A stretch of 64,000 nucleotides of DNA, taken from the IMG/VR virus record IMGVR_UViG_3300029746_000001; one strand, given 5' to 3'. Below are positions 11,395 through 21,094 of this stretch, in pieces. Positions within the stretch are counted from its first letter, which is position 1. Every line of letters starts with the position of its first letter. Below the pieces are notes generated by a model. It had not been told where the DNA came from, ran no database searches, and worked only from the letters and a program-made list of their open reading frames with translations. A program made the position numbers and the translations under genes. The stretch comes from a virus (Duplodnaviria; Heunggongvirae; Uroviricota; Caudoviricetes).

Positions 11395-11425
11395 AAAAAA
11401 AGCAGTGATATTACTACCACTGCTT
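11395..11425 (-). terminator. Intrinsic terminator between the Y-RNA-like array and the TROVE gene
   Basis: Minus strand reads AAGCAGTGGTA-GTAA-TATCACTGCTT followed by a T run. Confidence 0.8.
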
Positions 11426-11453
11426 GAAAAAAAATATATCAAAATGAATACTC

Positions 11454-11583
11454 AATGAGGGAAAAGCTGAAGTTAGTGTAAACAATGAAATAATGGATTT
11501 GAACCATCGACCTATACTTTAAAAGAGTATCGCTCTATCCATCTGAGCTAAATTCGAAGTAACTAACCCCATCACCACTCATT
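11454..11583 (-). ncRNA. Y-RNA-like ncRNA with unpermuted tRNA-like domain, Lys(UUU)-type anticodon loop
   Basis: Outer stem AATGAG..TGGGGTTAGT / ACTAACTTCA..CTCATT encloses a D arm GCTC-AGATGGATA-GAGC, anticodon arm ATACT-CTTTTAA-AGTAT and T arm GATGG-TTCAAAT-CCATT. The acceptor stem is short and there is no CCA. Confidence 0.82.
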
Positions 11584-11601
11584 AGTTTTTATATATTTCA
11601 A

Positions 11602-11728
11602 ACAGAGGAAAAACGGAGCCGGATCTAAAATGAAAATATTGGATTCGAACCAATGAAAAGTATTTTTACAGAATACCGCATTATCCACTATGCTAATTTT
11701 CGAAGTAACCGAACTCCTCACCATCTGT
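11602..11728 (-). ncRNA. Y-RNA-like ncRNA with unpermuted tRNA-like domain, Tyr(GUA)-type anticodon loop
   Basis: Outer stem ACAGA..GGAGTTCGG / CCGGCTCC..TCTGT encloses acceptor GAAAAT/ATTTTC, D arm GCAT-AGTGGATA-ATGC, anticodon arm GTATT-CTGTAAA-AATAC and T arm ATTGG-TTCGAAT-CCAAT. Confidence 0.82.
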
Positions 11729-11741
11729 ATATTTTATTAAA

Positions 11742-11875
11742 ACAGGGAAAACCTGGAATGTGTTTTGATATGAAAGGAGGTTTTGATCTACCAACTGATC
11801 TAATTTTTCTTGCATGAAAAATATAGGACTCGAACCTATGACACAAACCGAAGTATCACCTTCCATCACCACTGT
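11742..11875 (-). ncRNA. YrlA-like Y RNA with circularly permuted tRNA domain
   Basis: After the outer stem the order is GGTTT, T arm ATAGG-TTCGAGT-CCTAT, acceptor stem closed by a loop ATTTTTC-ATGCAA-GAAAAAT, D arm GATC-AGTTGGTA-GATC, then AAACC. It sits upstream of a TROVE gene, as YrlA RNAs do. Confidence 0.88.
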
Positions 11876-11905
11876 CTTATATTACAATCTCTCTTGATTA
11901 CGATG

Positions 11906-11936
11906 CAAATATAGACACTAAAATATGATTTACAAA
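11906..11936 (-). promoter_or_regulatory. Bacteroidota primary-sigma promoter for the Y-RNA-like array
   Basis: TTTG (11933-11936), 19-nt spacer, TATATTTG (11906-11913); matches TTTG-N19-21-TAnnTTTG. Confidence 0.75.
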
Positions 11937-11970
11937 TTAAAATGATTTAAAATGTATTAATTTGAATAAA

Positions 11971-12723
11971 TTATTTTAGAGTCATAATTGGATTACCCCA
12001 TCTCTTTTTCCACTCTTTACCTAAATACATTCTTAATTCTTCGAATGAATGAACAAACTCTCCATCGATTATAGCTCCAACTGCATTCTCTATTGATATT
12101 ATTTCATTTAACTCATTCTTCGTTGCAAAATTTCTAATCCCATCTTCATGTTTATTAAAAACAATAAAATTTATGGCTTTGGCTACTATTTTTATCTTAT
12201 CAGATAATTCGCTTTTGTTTTTTATTAAAGAGGAAACAGATTTGCACATCTTAATGTAAGCTTCACCAGCTATATTTCTATTTTCTATAAAATTGTCGGT
12301 AAGCCATAATATAACCTTAGCATATATTTCAGGATCTAACTCTAAGGCTATCATAACGAAAAAATACGGATTAACAAACCATTTTTGATCTTTTCCTTTT
12401 CCTCTCCTGTATGCCATCCCGTATTTCTTCAAATCAGTTAATTTGCTTATATTCAATGAATTATCTTTGAGTGTACGATATCGTACAGTACAAGTCAATT
12501 CATTGATATTCAATTCTTTAATTAATGCATTCATTTTCTCTTGAAAAGACGACGTAGACATTAAATGGTCGAGTCTTTTAGGCTCCAACCCCATAGCCGC
12601 TCTTTTCTGTGACAATACATCCATAACCTCTGTTATACACACAAAACCATCTTTTGACATAACAGAAATGTTTCTACCTAATAATTCTCTACTTTCTGAT
12701 TGTAATAATACGTTACTTTTCAT
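11971..12723 (-). CDS. KilA-N domain DNA-binding protein
   Basis: N-terminal SKDGFVCITEV and RRGKGKDQKWFVNPYFFVMIALELDPEIYAKVILW, typical of Bacteroidota phage KilA-N proteins. Confidence 0.7.
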   Translation of the reverse strand: MKSNVLLQSESRELLGRNISVMSKDGFVCITEVMDVLSQKRAAMGLEPKRLDHLMSTSSFQEKMNALIKELNINELTCTVRYRTLKDNSLNISKLTDLKKYGMAYRRGKGKDQKWFVNPYFFVMIALELDPEIYAKVILWLTDNFIENRNIAGEAYIKMCKSVSSLIKNKSELSDKIKIVAKAINFIVFNKHEDGIRNFATKNELNEIISIENAVGAIIDGEFVHSFEELRMYLGKEWKKRWGNPIMTLK

Positions 12724-12859
12724 AATTTTACACCGTTTTATTGTTAATAAATAAGCGCCTACCTGTCCGCGATGGATCGATAGGCGCTACAAGTATATTC
12801 AACTATTATTAAATCACAAAATAAAAACTACTTATTTTCAACTTGTTAAATATTGTAAT

Positions 12860-15800
12860 TTATCTATTCTTAATCTTATCTTCAGAAATCAACCACTGGA
12901 ATATGATTTTCCGGTTACTAATTACTTTCTTTATCCTCATCAGCATCCAACTTCCCCTTAACCTATCCAGCCATGACCGTCTGAAATTAAGAGCATCAGG
13001 ATTAACTGACTTATTTATATCGTTATCGTCCTTGATCCAGATAGGTGTTTCAGATCGGTCATCGTCAACCCTGTTGAAGAAGTCATTTAACTTATGTCTT
13101 CTATATACCTCAGTATCCAGGACCTCAGTATAGTCGCCTACGATTTTCGGATACGATATACGTTGCGCTAAATTATTCTTTTCTTCTGGAACAAGATGAA
13201 TTTCACCTGAGTTGTTTGTGTCGTTGTAGATAGTTATCGTATCTAAACCTACTTTCCTGTCAAGAGTGTAATTCACATCATCGACGTATTTCCTTGCATC
13301 AAGCTCATACTCAACAGAAGCCAGCGTAGAACCGTTATATTTCTCTTTTATCGGCACTTCTAATATAAATGGATATGTTGCTCCGTAGAATGTCTGGAAG
13401 CTCTTATTCGTCAGCAAATGGCTCCATAAGCCGCCTTCTTCGTCTGATGTCGGGAAGTTTATTCCTGTCTGAAAATATTGTTGCTGTTCTATATAATAGT
13501 CAGGACAGAACGAATAATAAGAAATCCATTCTTGCTTCAGACACGAATATCCGATAGTGAACGACACGTCTTTAAAATACTGTTCGTCTTTTAAAGATAT
13601 TTCCTTATCGTTTGACAGTACCTCTGTTTCATTGTACAAGAACCTTCCACCATCATATTTATAATATGCTGGGTTCTTAACAGGTATATAATCTTTTTTC
13701 GTGATAAGTACCCTCTTATACCGATTATCCCATCCAAGAGACAGACCAAGACCGATAAATTTATTGTCTGTATCTTCTTCTGTCATCTCTGTACCGGTTA
13801 AGATATTAGTTATTCCGTATCTAAGAATCTTAAACGGAAGATGACGCTTGAGCCAATGTCTGATACCTACACTAAGTTCCTTGAGATTACGTCCGTTCGG
13901 ATCGGTCATAAATACCTGTGCTCTTTTAGTATCTACCCAGAAGTGACCAAATTCTGAACTAATTATTTCAGTACTCTGGGTTCCAGAATAACCGAGGTCG
14001 GTCGTGTTGTACTCCAGAGGTCTGGACGCGAACAGACCGCCGGTGCCCATCTCAGCCTGCCCAGGGGAGGTGCGCTCCTTGATTACGTCTATGGCGTTAT
14101 GGAGTGAAACCTGATCCTCGAACCTGACAAGAATCTGATCGGATTCAATACGCTTCATGTGAATAAGCTTCCCGTTGCTGGTTGGGAACTCATGATAGTC
14201 CATAGGCTTGTACGTTAGCCACGGATCTGTTTGACTGTTTTCAGATACGTCAGCCCTACTCCATATAACACCATTAGGTCGCTGGTAAGCACAATCATAA
14301 AAACGACGTTCGTATGTTGCCGGCAATACATTAGGAGTTAATGTCATCCTCGATGAATAGATAGGACTTATCTTGTAATCATTGTCCCTATGGATAGACA
14401 CGTTCTTTTCTTGTGTCCACCAAACAAAATCTCCTACTTTTGGATAGAATAATTCATGAGGCTGAGGGCCCTCTAATCTGAAATTACAATTTATTTCAGA
14501 TTCTACAAGGAACTGAGGAATGCCATAGAACCATGTATAAAATCTGCCATCTACATACTTACCGGAGGTGTCACCGTTCAATTCATACAAGCTCTTCCTA
14601 TTTGGGTAAAAAGCATATCTTCCTTTATTAGACGATGTCCAACTATTGAAACGTTCGTTATCCGTGGTTTCAAGCGCATCTTCCCCTGTATCATAATTAA
14701 CAAAATATCTTGGATATCCTACATTTCTATAATCCATGTAAGGGAAAGGTATCATATCTCCAATACCAAAAGCACTATTATAAAAAACAGGAAATTTTCT
14801 CTTTAATGAAAATCTGGTTATCACCGTATCACCACCGAACATCAGTTTCTTTTCATTAGTGAAAAATCCACATCCACCTATGGAAATCCATTTTATATCT
14901 TCTATTTGACCATATTGATCCGGCCTATATCTCATAAGCCTCATATACGGAGAACAGATGTATGAAACTGATTTGGATTGCTCGAATGTTCTTCCTGCTA
15001 CAACATCTCTTCCAGCAATAACCGAATCATCTATACGGCTACTGTCGTAGTTGTAGACATAGTTCGGATATTCCAATAAATATTTCGATTTACCATCTCC
15101 TTTTTCACCTGGATCACCAAATGATAAAAATAACGAAGATTCACGATCTATATTATTAACAAATAAGAATCGTCCCTCATTATCGTTTTTACCGGTTCCC
15201 CATTTAGATGACATGCTGGCATCCATCATAGGATATACACCAGACTTCATGTACTTAACAGAAGATAAACCACGAGCAAAATTTCGTTCATACTTATCCT
15301 GGTCTGTTATACCTATCATTGAATTATATAATCCTACAGAAGTATAATACCATGCATGATTACGTCTCGGTCCATTGTTTATAAACGTATTAAGCCAATC
15401 ATAACGGTACTTACCGTACAATATCGGGCCCTTAGCAAGAGTTTGACTGATGGTTGACACCATTGAAGAAAACAGCATGGCTACACTTAAATTCGTTAGG
15501 AATCCTCCTCCGGTAAGACCGGCCGACCCTCCTATGTATCCAGACTGAGCCCTTATCTGAAGCTCTTCTGCTATCATAGCGGCTATTGTGGCACTTGATT
15601 CAACTGCGGCAAGTGACGCAGCCATCGTATAAGCAGCAGGACCTAAGATAGTCCATTTTGGATGATCTTCTACAGGCACAAAACTGCCTACAGACATTCC
15701 TCTTTGGAACCCGTCTATACATACTTCATTTGGAAGTTCGGGCTTGTTAAAATAAATATCAGGCGAACAAAATGAATACCACACGTTTCCTCCTTTGTCG

Positions 15801-18800
15801 AAAGGATGGGATATAAACTCGTCTCTTTTGCCAGACGTATAATTATATTGATCCTGTGATAGGTCATTATATGGGTAATTAGGATAGATATTTACATTAC
15901 CATCGTCTCCTATGTATCTAAGCATATCGTAGGCCAATCCTGAAGCCACAACCGACCTATTTAGCCTCCTATCTCCACGATACAGTTCATATCCTACAAT
16001 CGTATCTCTTTGTTGTTGCGTAATCAAACCAGAATCCACCGCAAAATCCAAAAATACTTGTATGGTGTTCTCATCCACCATAATACCTACCGGATATATT
16101 TCAGAAGCTATGTCATATCCACGTTCATCACTGTTCATAAAAGGTATATGCTTGTTATCTGGGAACCGGTAATGACGTATAGGTTGTTGGCAAAATACGG
16201 TAGAAGTATCTACTCCTCCATAAGAATGGCCCTTGAAATAAGATAATCCATTTTTGTCTGACAAAGGAGCACCATAATATTCTGTTAACTTATTCATAAT
16301 ATTAGAATAAGCTTCTGTTTTTTTTGGATCATCATAAGATCTACCTGTGTCTATTTTCATCCTACTACTATCATAAAGTTCAAAATTAGCAGGATATTTC
16401 TCAGATGATTCCCAATATGCAAAATCCCCGTATTTATAAGGACGAGGCTTGCAATTAATAGGCCTATCTCCACATGTCTGACATTTAGATGCAAATAAGA
16501 CAGTTGATCTAAGTGTTATAGAATCCACAGACAAATCAATCTTATTTACCTCCTTTTCTCTTACACCAAAAATATACGGATATATAGTTTTACCTGTAGC
16601 AAAAGAAACGCCTAAAATAGCACGAGACGGTTTCTTGCTTGGTTCCTCCTCCTCGTCTGGAGTATCCTTATTCTTATATTCACAAAATTGTATTTGTCTG
16701 AATGTCATTATCCAAGGAACAGCTACAACCGGAGATTCTATTGTTACATAAAAATAATCTTGTTTTATCGTTTCTTTAAAGAATTTATCATCTATAGTTC
16801 CCCATGCGGGTCTTGCTATATTGATAATAACCGAATGTCCTGAAGCATGTTCCGGCCTATCGAAATCTACTGGTATTATGCCAAGTGGATTCCATGTCTC
16901 TATATCCTTCCAAAAAGAAACACGAACGTAATTGGTAGACACAGCATCCATTATACCATCTATCTTCCCAAGGGCTTCAAGATAAAGGACCTTATTTTCT
17001 TCCTTATATCCTTCTATATCCCATTCCTCCGGCCTATTGATTCTAATAAACCTGGCATTGGTCATTACATTCCTCACAAACTTGCGTACTACAAATTCAG
17101 AAGCAAATCCTATATTAAGTTTATCTCCAGTAGGATTTTCAAATGTTGCATTATTTACATACCCCTCAAATTCCCAGTCCGTTTCAGGTATGCCAGTGTC
17201 CGCATTTTTGTATATCATATCCTGGAGCTTCTTGGAAGCATCAGGCCAGAACTGTTCAATGCAATATTTCGGTCCGTTCTTTGATCGGTATTGATCATTT
17301 ATTACCGTACTCGTTGATCTTCCAGCCCTCCAATTACCTTTTCCATTTATCTCTTGACTCCACCCATCTATATGTAAAATATATCCTCCAAGGATGTAAT
17401 TATTGTTTTGAAAGTTATTATAATCAGACCTTGAAACAGTAGGATCCGAACAATAATTTTCAATATAACAACCACATGTACAAGGCATTGTATCAAGAAT
17501 ATATATTGCATCTGACACTGTTTTTAATATACTCCCTGGTTGTAAATACGGATAGAACTCAGAACAAAGATGCCGTTCGCCATCGCCGGATACCTTACCT
17601 GCGTCGTCACCAAAAAATGCTTCATCCATCCATTCAGACAAAGAATCCATTGTATCGTAATTGAATAGAACAGAATACTTATTCTGGTTCTCACCTCCGG
17701 TTGTATATAAATAGTCGGTAGACACGTGCTCCATGTCTTCTAATTCTTTATATATATAGTCCTCTACAATACCAGTTATTAAAGGAACTGGAGCTGACAA
17801 TATAGATTCTTGACGATGAGGTACTTCGCAGTCTCCTTCCATTTCTGGTAACCTAATATGATCAATTGGCTCCATATAATCCTGTGTTCCATCTTCTCTG
17901 TATTTGGTAGCTATATCACATATCTGTCTTTCATTGTTTCCATTCTCCTTATTATTACAAGCTACAAGACCTATATTTTCAGACAAATAATTTATAGGGG
18001 TTCCTACAATATCATCATAATCGATAATAAATCTTGATTTCCCTTTAAAAGTAGCGAAATTGCTTTCCACTATAACAGTTTGACCTACAGTAGCCGGGTT
18101 GTTACACTCTTTCTGTTCTTCATCTATAACAACCGCATCGTCGTCAATCAATACCCCATCTCCTGCCGTATTGCTATACTGCCATACATATTTCCTTTCC
18201 ACTCCTGAACAATCCGGAGCATATGCGTTTATAGACTGGTATGGGATACTGTCTTTGTTCATTTCCTCTCTTGCCTTATCAGAAGGTGGGGGGATAAGAA
18301 CGAATGCTGGAGTTTTATAACCAGTAGATGTCTTAAACGAGATAGAAAACGGATACACTTCATTCCTCATATATCCCACATACAACGAACAAGCATTACC
18401 ATCCTTATATAAATCTTCGTGGGCTACAGACGCCTGCCATTTCAAGAAATGACCCATGAGGGAAACTACAGGCTGTAAATTCCATTCTTTTTCTGCCGTA
18501 AGACCATATTGAAGAAGACGGTTTCCAACCGATACTATTCCTCTTGATGTATTATATATGGCTCTTTTTAAAGAAATATGTTCAAATGTTGTCCTCTTAT
18601 TATTAAGATCAGAATAATAGTATATGGTCTTCTCTGTAATAGGATGAATACCTTCTATAAAATAATCAACTACAGGTTGTGTTTCACCATTGTATCCTAC
18701 AGTATTCTGAATAACAGCCACCTTGTAATGGCTGACTTGCCTATCCAGATTAGACACCTTAAGTCTTATACCAAGATTAGTTCTTTCTCCCCATTTACCA

Positions 18801-19633
18801 TCATTTATCCTGATATATTGCTCATCAAATACATGAACAGGGTTAGTTAATGAAGTATAGTTAGTTTTCTCGTTACCAAATTCATCGCACAAGGCCACAG
18901 CAAACTGATACACGCCCGCACGCAGGCTGCCCCCGTACTCTATCTGTACCGGCTCTACACATGGCTGGTCCAGTAGTGGAAACACCCTAAGTTTCTCACA
19001 TGCCAGAAAACAACCATTTTCCTGCATGAACTTTTTCCTATCGTATTCTTTATCGCATATCTTATACCCATGATAATGATACCATATATCACCTTCATCA
19101 TCAGGAGTCAGAGCCTTGTCTACAATAACATACCTGGGAGGATTATAATCGTCAGTCCAGTAAATACATTTCCCACATTTCTCTGTCTTTATTTCTATGG
19201 TTTTTATAGGATGGTAGATAGAGAACTTAAGGCACGGATCTTGCTCGTTGTCTTCAAGCAGGGTTTTCATGCCAGAACACAACGACTCCGATCCTTCTAC
19301 CATAGATTCTATATCAGAATCAGACAAGATACTTGTATCGGATTCAGGCTTGAAATAAGTTATTTTAGATACGCCTGTTTCAGGATTTGTTATAAAAAAA
19401 TAGATATTGCCCGAAGTAAGATCATTCTTATAACCAATAACTTTAAACCCATCGAAATCAATGCATTTAAGATTACTGTGCTCGTTAGATCTCATTCCAA
19501 CATTACCATCCTCGGATTCGATGTTGGCATTCAAGGCAAACGTATAATGCTGATCCGTAAGACTCGACGGATGCAGATCGCGATTCATACCTGTTTGAGG
19601 AATCGCTATGTTTCTGTTATCTTCTAATGCCAT
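12860..19633 (-). CDS. Tail stabilisation/nozzle (muzzle-like) protein
   Basis: 2257 aa. N-terminal GMNRD...YTFALNANI and C-terminal SEFGHFWVD and WISYYSFCPDYY motifs resemble crAss-like stabilisation proteins. Confidence 0.7.
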   Translation of the reverse strand: MALEDNRNIAIPQTGMNRDLHPSSLTDQHYTFALNANIESEDGNVGMRSNEHSNLKCIDFDGFKVIGYKNDLTSGNIYFFITNPETGVSKITYFKPESDTSILSDSDIESMVEGSESLCSGMKTLLEDNEQDPCLKFSIYHPIKTIEIKTEKCGKCIYWTDDYNPPRYVIVDKALTPDDEGDIWYHYHGYKICDKEYDRKKFMQENGCFLACEKLRVFPLLDQPCVEPVQIEYGGSLRAGVYQFAVALCDEFGNEKTNYTSLTNPVHVFDEQYIRINDGKWGERTNLGIRLKVSNLDRQVSHYKVAVIQNTVGYNGETQPVVDYFIEGIHPITEKTIYYYSDLNNKRTTFEHISLKRAIYNTSRGIVSVGNRLLQYGLTAEKEWNLQPVVSLMGHFLKWQASVAHEDLYKDGNACSLYVGYMRNEVYPFSISFKTSTGYKTPAFVLIPPPSDKAREEMNKDSIPYQSINAYAPDCSGVERKYVWQYSNTAGDGVLIDDDAVVIDEEQKECNNPATVGQTVIVESNFATFKGKSRFIIDYDDIVGTPINYLSENIGLVACNNKENGNNERQICDIATKYREDGTQDYMEPIDHIRLPEMEGDCEVPHRQESILSAPVPLITGIVEDYIYKELEDMEHVSTDYLYTTGGENQNKYSVLFNYDTMDSLSEWMDEAFFGDDAGKVSGDGERHLCSEFYPYLQPGSILKTVSDAIYILDTMPCTCGCYIENYCSDPTVSRSDYNNFQNNNYILGGYILHIDGWSQEINGKGNWRAGRSTSTVINDQYRSKNGPKYCIEQFWPDASKKLQDMIYKNADTGIPETDWEFEGYVNNATFENPTGDKLNIGFASEFVVRKFVRNVMTNARFIRINRPEEWDIEGYKEENKVLYLEALGKIDGIMDAVSTNYVRVSFWKDIETWNPLGIIPVDFDRPEHASGHSVIINIARPAWGTIDDKFFKETIKQDYFYVTIESPVVAVPWIMTFRQIQFCEYKNKDTPDEEEEPSKKPSRAILGVSFATGKTIYPYIFGVREKEVNKIDLSVDSITLRSTVLFASKCQTCGDRPINCKPRPYKYGDFAYWESSEKYPANFELYDSSRMKIDTGRSYDDPKKTEAYSNIMNKLTEYYGAPLSDKNGLSYFKGHSYGGVDTSTVFCQQPIRHYRFPDNKHIPFMNSDERGYDIASEIYPVGIMVDENTIQVFLDFAVDSGLITQQQRDTIVGYELYRGDRRLNRSVVASGLAYDMLRYIGDDGNVNIYPNYPYNDLSQDQYNYTSGKRDEFISHPFDKGGNVWYSFCSPDIYFNKPELPNEVCIDGFQRGMSVGSFVPVEDHPKWTILGPAAYTMAASLAAVESSATIAAMIAEELQIRAQSGYIGGSAGLTGGGFLTNLSVAMLFSSMVSTISQTLAKGPILYGKYRYDWLNTFINNGPRRNHAWYYTSVGLYNSMIGITDQDKYERNFARGLSSVKYMKSGVYPMMDASMSSKWGTGKNDNEGRFLFVNNIDRESSLFLSFGDPGEKGDGKSKYLLEYPNYVYNYDSSRIDDSVIAGRDVVAGRTFEQSKSVSYICSPYMRLMRYRPDQYGQIEDIKWISIGGCGFFTNEKKLMFGGDTVITRFSLKRKFPVFYNSAFGIGDMIPFPYMDYRNVGYPRYFVNYDTGEDALETTDNERFNSWTSSNKGRYAFYPNRKSLYELNGDTSGKYVDGRFYTWFYGIPQFLVESEINCNFRLEGPQPHELFYPKVGDFVWWTQEKNVSIHRDNDYKISPIYSSRMTLTPNVLPATYERRFYDCAYQRPNGVIWSRADVSENSQTDPWLTYKPMDYHEFPTSNGKLIHMKRIESDQILVRFEDQVSLHNAIDVIKERTSPGQAEMGTGGLFASRPLEYNTTDLGYSGTQSTEIISSEFGHFWVDTKRAQVFMTDPNGRNLKELSVGIRHWLKRHLPFKILRYGITNILTGTEMTEEDTDNKFIGLGLSLGWDNRYKRVLITKKDYIPVKNPAYYKYDGGRFLYNETEVLSNDKEISLKDEQYFKDVSFTIGYSCLKQEWISYYSFCPDYYIEQQQYFQTGINFPTSDEEGGLWSHLLTNKSFQTFYGATYPFILEVPIKEKYNGSTLASVEYELDARKYVDDVNYTLDRKVGLDTITIYNDTNNSGEIHLVPEEKNNLAQRISYPKIVGDYTEVLDTEVYRRHKLNDFFNRVDDDRSETPIWIKDDNDINKSVNPDALNFRRSWLDRLRGSWMLMRIKKVISNRKIIFQWLISEDKIKNR

Positions 19634-19745
19634 GTTAATAACTGTTTGTCACAAAGATAGCAAAAGGGATTTAATAATGGATTTCTAAAGTAGGTGAAGA
19701 AAAGAAATACATTTTCAGTCTCCTACTTTATCGACCACGCCTACA

Positions 19746-21094
19746 GGTGATTATATACCACTTTACACCAGAAATGTAAAATAGTATATATTTATACAGA
19801 AATACGTACCGGGTTCCACCAAAACCCTCTACCTTCTGGTAACATCGTTACATCAAAGGATTCTTTTTCTGATTTTCTAATGATGTTAAAAGCACCATTG
19901 ATATCAGCATTAATAGTCCTACCAAACGAGGTTTTAAACAATCCTCGTTTGGTCCTTCTTCCTTTGTAAGATTCATGTTTACAAATCCGTTCATTATCCA
20001 AAAAGCTACATTTTGAAGTATAAGATTCTTCAACAATCTTAACATTAATACCTTCTAATGTTGCTTTATAAGATATCATTGAGATAAATACATTAAAAGG
20101 AATAGATACAAAGTTCTGATTATTTTGTTTTCCGATATTGATCTCTTGTTTCCAGCATTTGTTATGACCGATTATGATCGTATTAATACCATTGGAAACT
20201 ACGTGATTAACCAATATCCTACTTGCCTTGTGAAGATAATCTTTGATCTTATTATTCCTTTTGTTAGTTAATGACCTAATTTGTTTTGAAGTATGTTTAT
20301 TATCTTTTAATTTAGATTTTAAGAATGCTAATCTTTTATTATAATATTGGTTGATAGACTTTAGTGGTCTACCATTGATGATAAAACAAGAACCGTTGTT
20401 TGAAACACAAGATGCTAAATTATCTAATCCTATGTCGATACCAAGATAGTTCCCATTATCGGACATAAGATCTTTTTCCTTCTTATTGTAAACTATTTCA
20501 AGAACAATATATCCATTCTTAGGAACGAATCTAAGTTGTTGAATATTTTGTTTATTGGTTCTTGTGGTAAAGGAAAACTGTTTAGGTAACTTAACAATAC
20601 CTTGTTTTATCCATTTTTGAGAAAAAGATGCGGTCGTAAAAACAGCAGGAAACAAACCGTCTTTGTTAAGATACTTAGGCATTCTAACAAATTCGGAATA
20701 CTCACCTCTATTCTTTTTATTAAAGAGATTGAAGAAAGATTTAAAGTTCCTATCAACCATCATCAACACCTGTTGAGCAACCGGTGCTGGTAAAGCACGA
20801 TAGTCAACATCATTTTCTGTTTTCAACACTCTTTCGAGAGAATAATAGTTGAGGTATTTATACTTTACAGTATTATCATTCTTGTATTGAAAGTAGTGTT
20901 GTCTAACAACATACAACCCTTTATTGTATAAGTTTTTACACTTATGCAATAGGTCTTGAAGCTCATTGTAATATATTGAACTTTGTTTGATTATATGTTG
21001 TTCAACTAATCTCATGACACAAATATAGGAATTATTATTTATATATAAAAAAACAATTTCCTATATTTGTGGTGTAAAGTTGTATATAATCACC
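19746..21094 (-). mobile_element. tnpB-only element with terminal inverted repeats and 5-bp flanking direct repeat
   Basis: Ends read GGTGATTATATACCACTTTACACCAGAAATGTA (from 19746) and, reverse-complemented from 21094, GGTGATTATATACAACTTTACACCACAAATATA: 30/33 identical. CTACA lies on both outer sides (19741-19745, 21095-21099). Confidence 0.85.
19792..21015 (-). CDS. tnpB: TnpB-family RNA-guided nuclease, rearranged RuvC-II type
   Basis: LGIDIGLDN (RuvC-I), IIIG in place of the canonical Glu, alternative VEESYTSK, NADINGAFNI (RuvC-III). The zinc finger is degenerate. Confidence 0.9.
   Translation of the reverse strand: MRLVEQHIIKQSSIYYNELQDLLHKCKNLYNKGLYVVRQHYFQYKNDNTVKYKYLNYYSLERVLKTENDVDYRALPAPVAQQVLMMVDRNFKSFFNLFNKKNRGEYSEFVRMPKYLNKDGLFPAVFTTASFSQKWIKQGIVKLPKQFSFTTRTNKQNIQQLRFVPKNGYIVLEIVYNKKEKDLMSDNGNYLGIDIGLDNLASCVSNNGSCFIINGRPLKSINQYYNKRLAFLKSKLKDNKHTSKQIRSLTNKRNNKIKDYLHKASRILVNHVVSNGINTIIIGHNKCWKQEINIGKQNNQNFVSIPFNVFISMISYKATLEGINVKIVEESYTSKCSFLDNERICKHESYKGRRTKRGLFKTSFGRTINADINGAFNIIRKSEKESFDVTMLPEGRGFWWNPVRISV

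Noticed and set aside
11454..11728. Ordinary tRNA-Lys and tRNA-Tyr genes
   Set aside because: Acceptor stems are only 5-6 bp, there is no CCA, and both sit inside conserved outer helices shared with the permuted unit. They are reported as Y-like ncRNAs instead.
11454..11875. CRISPR array
   Set aside because: The three units are degenerate and structured, with no identical repeats, regular spacers or cas genes.
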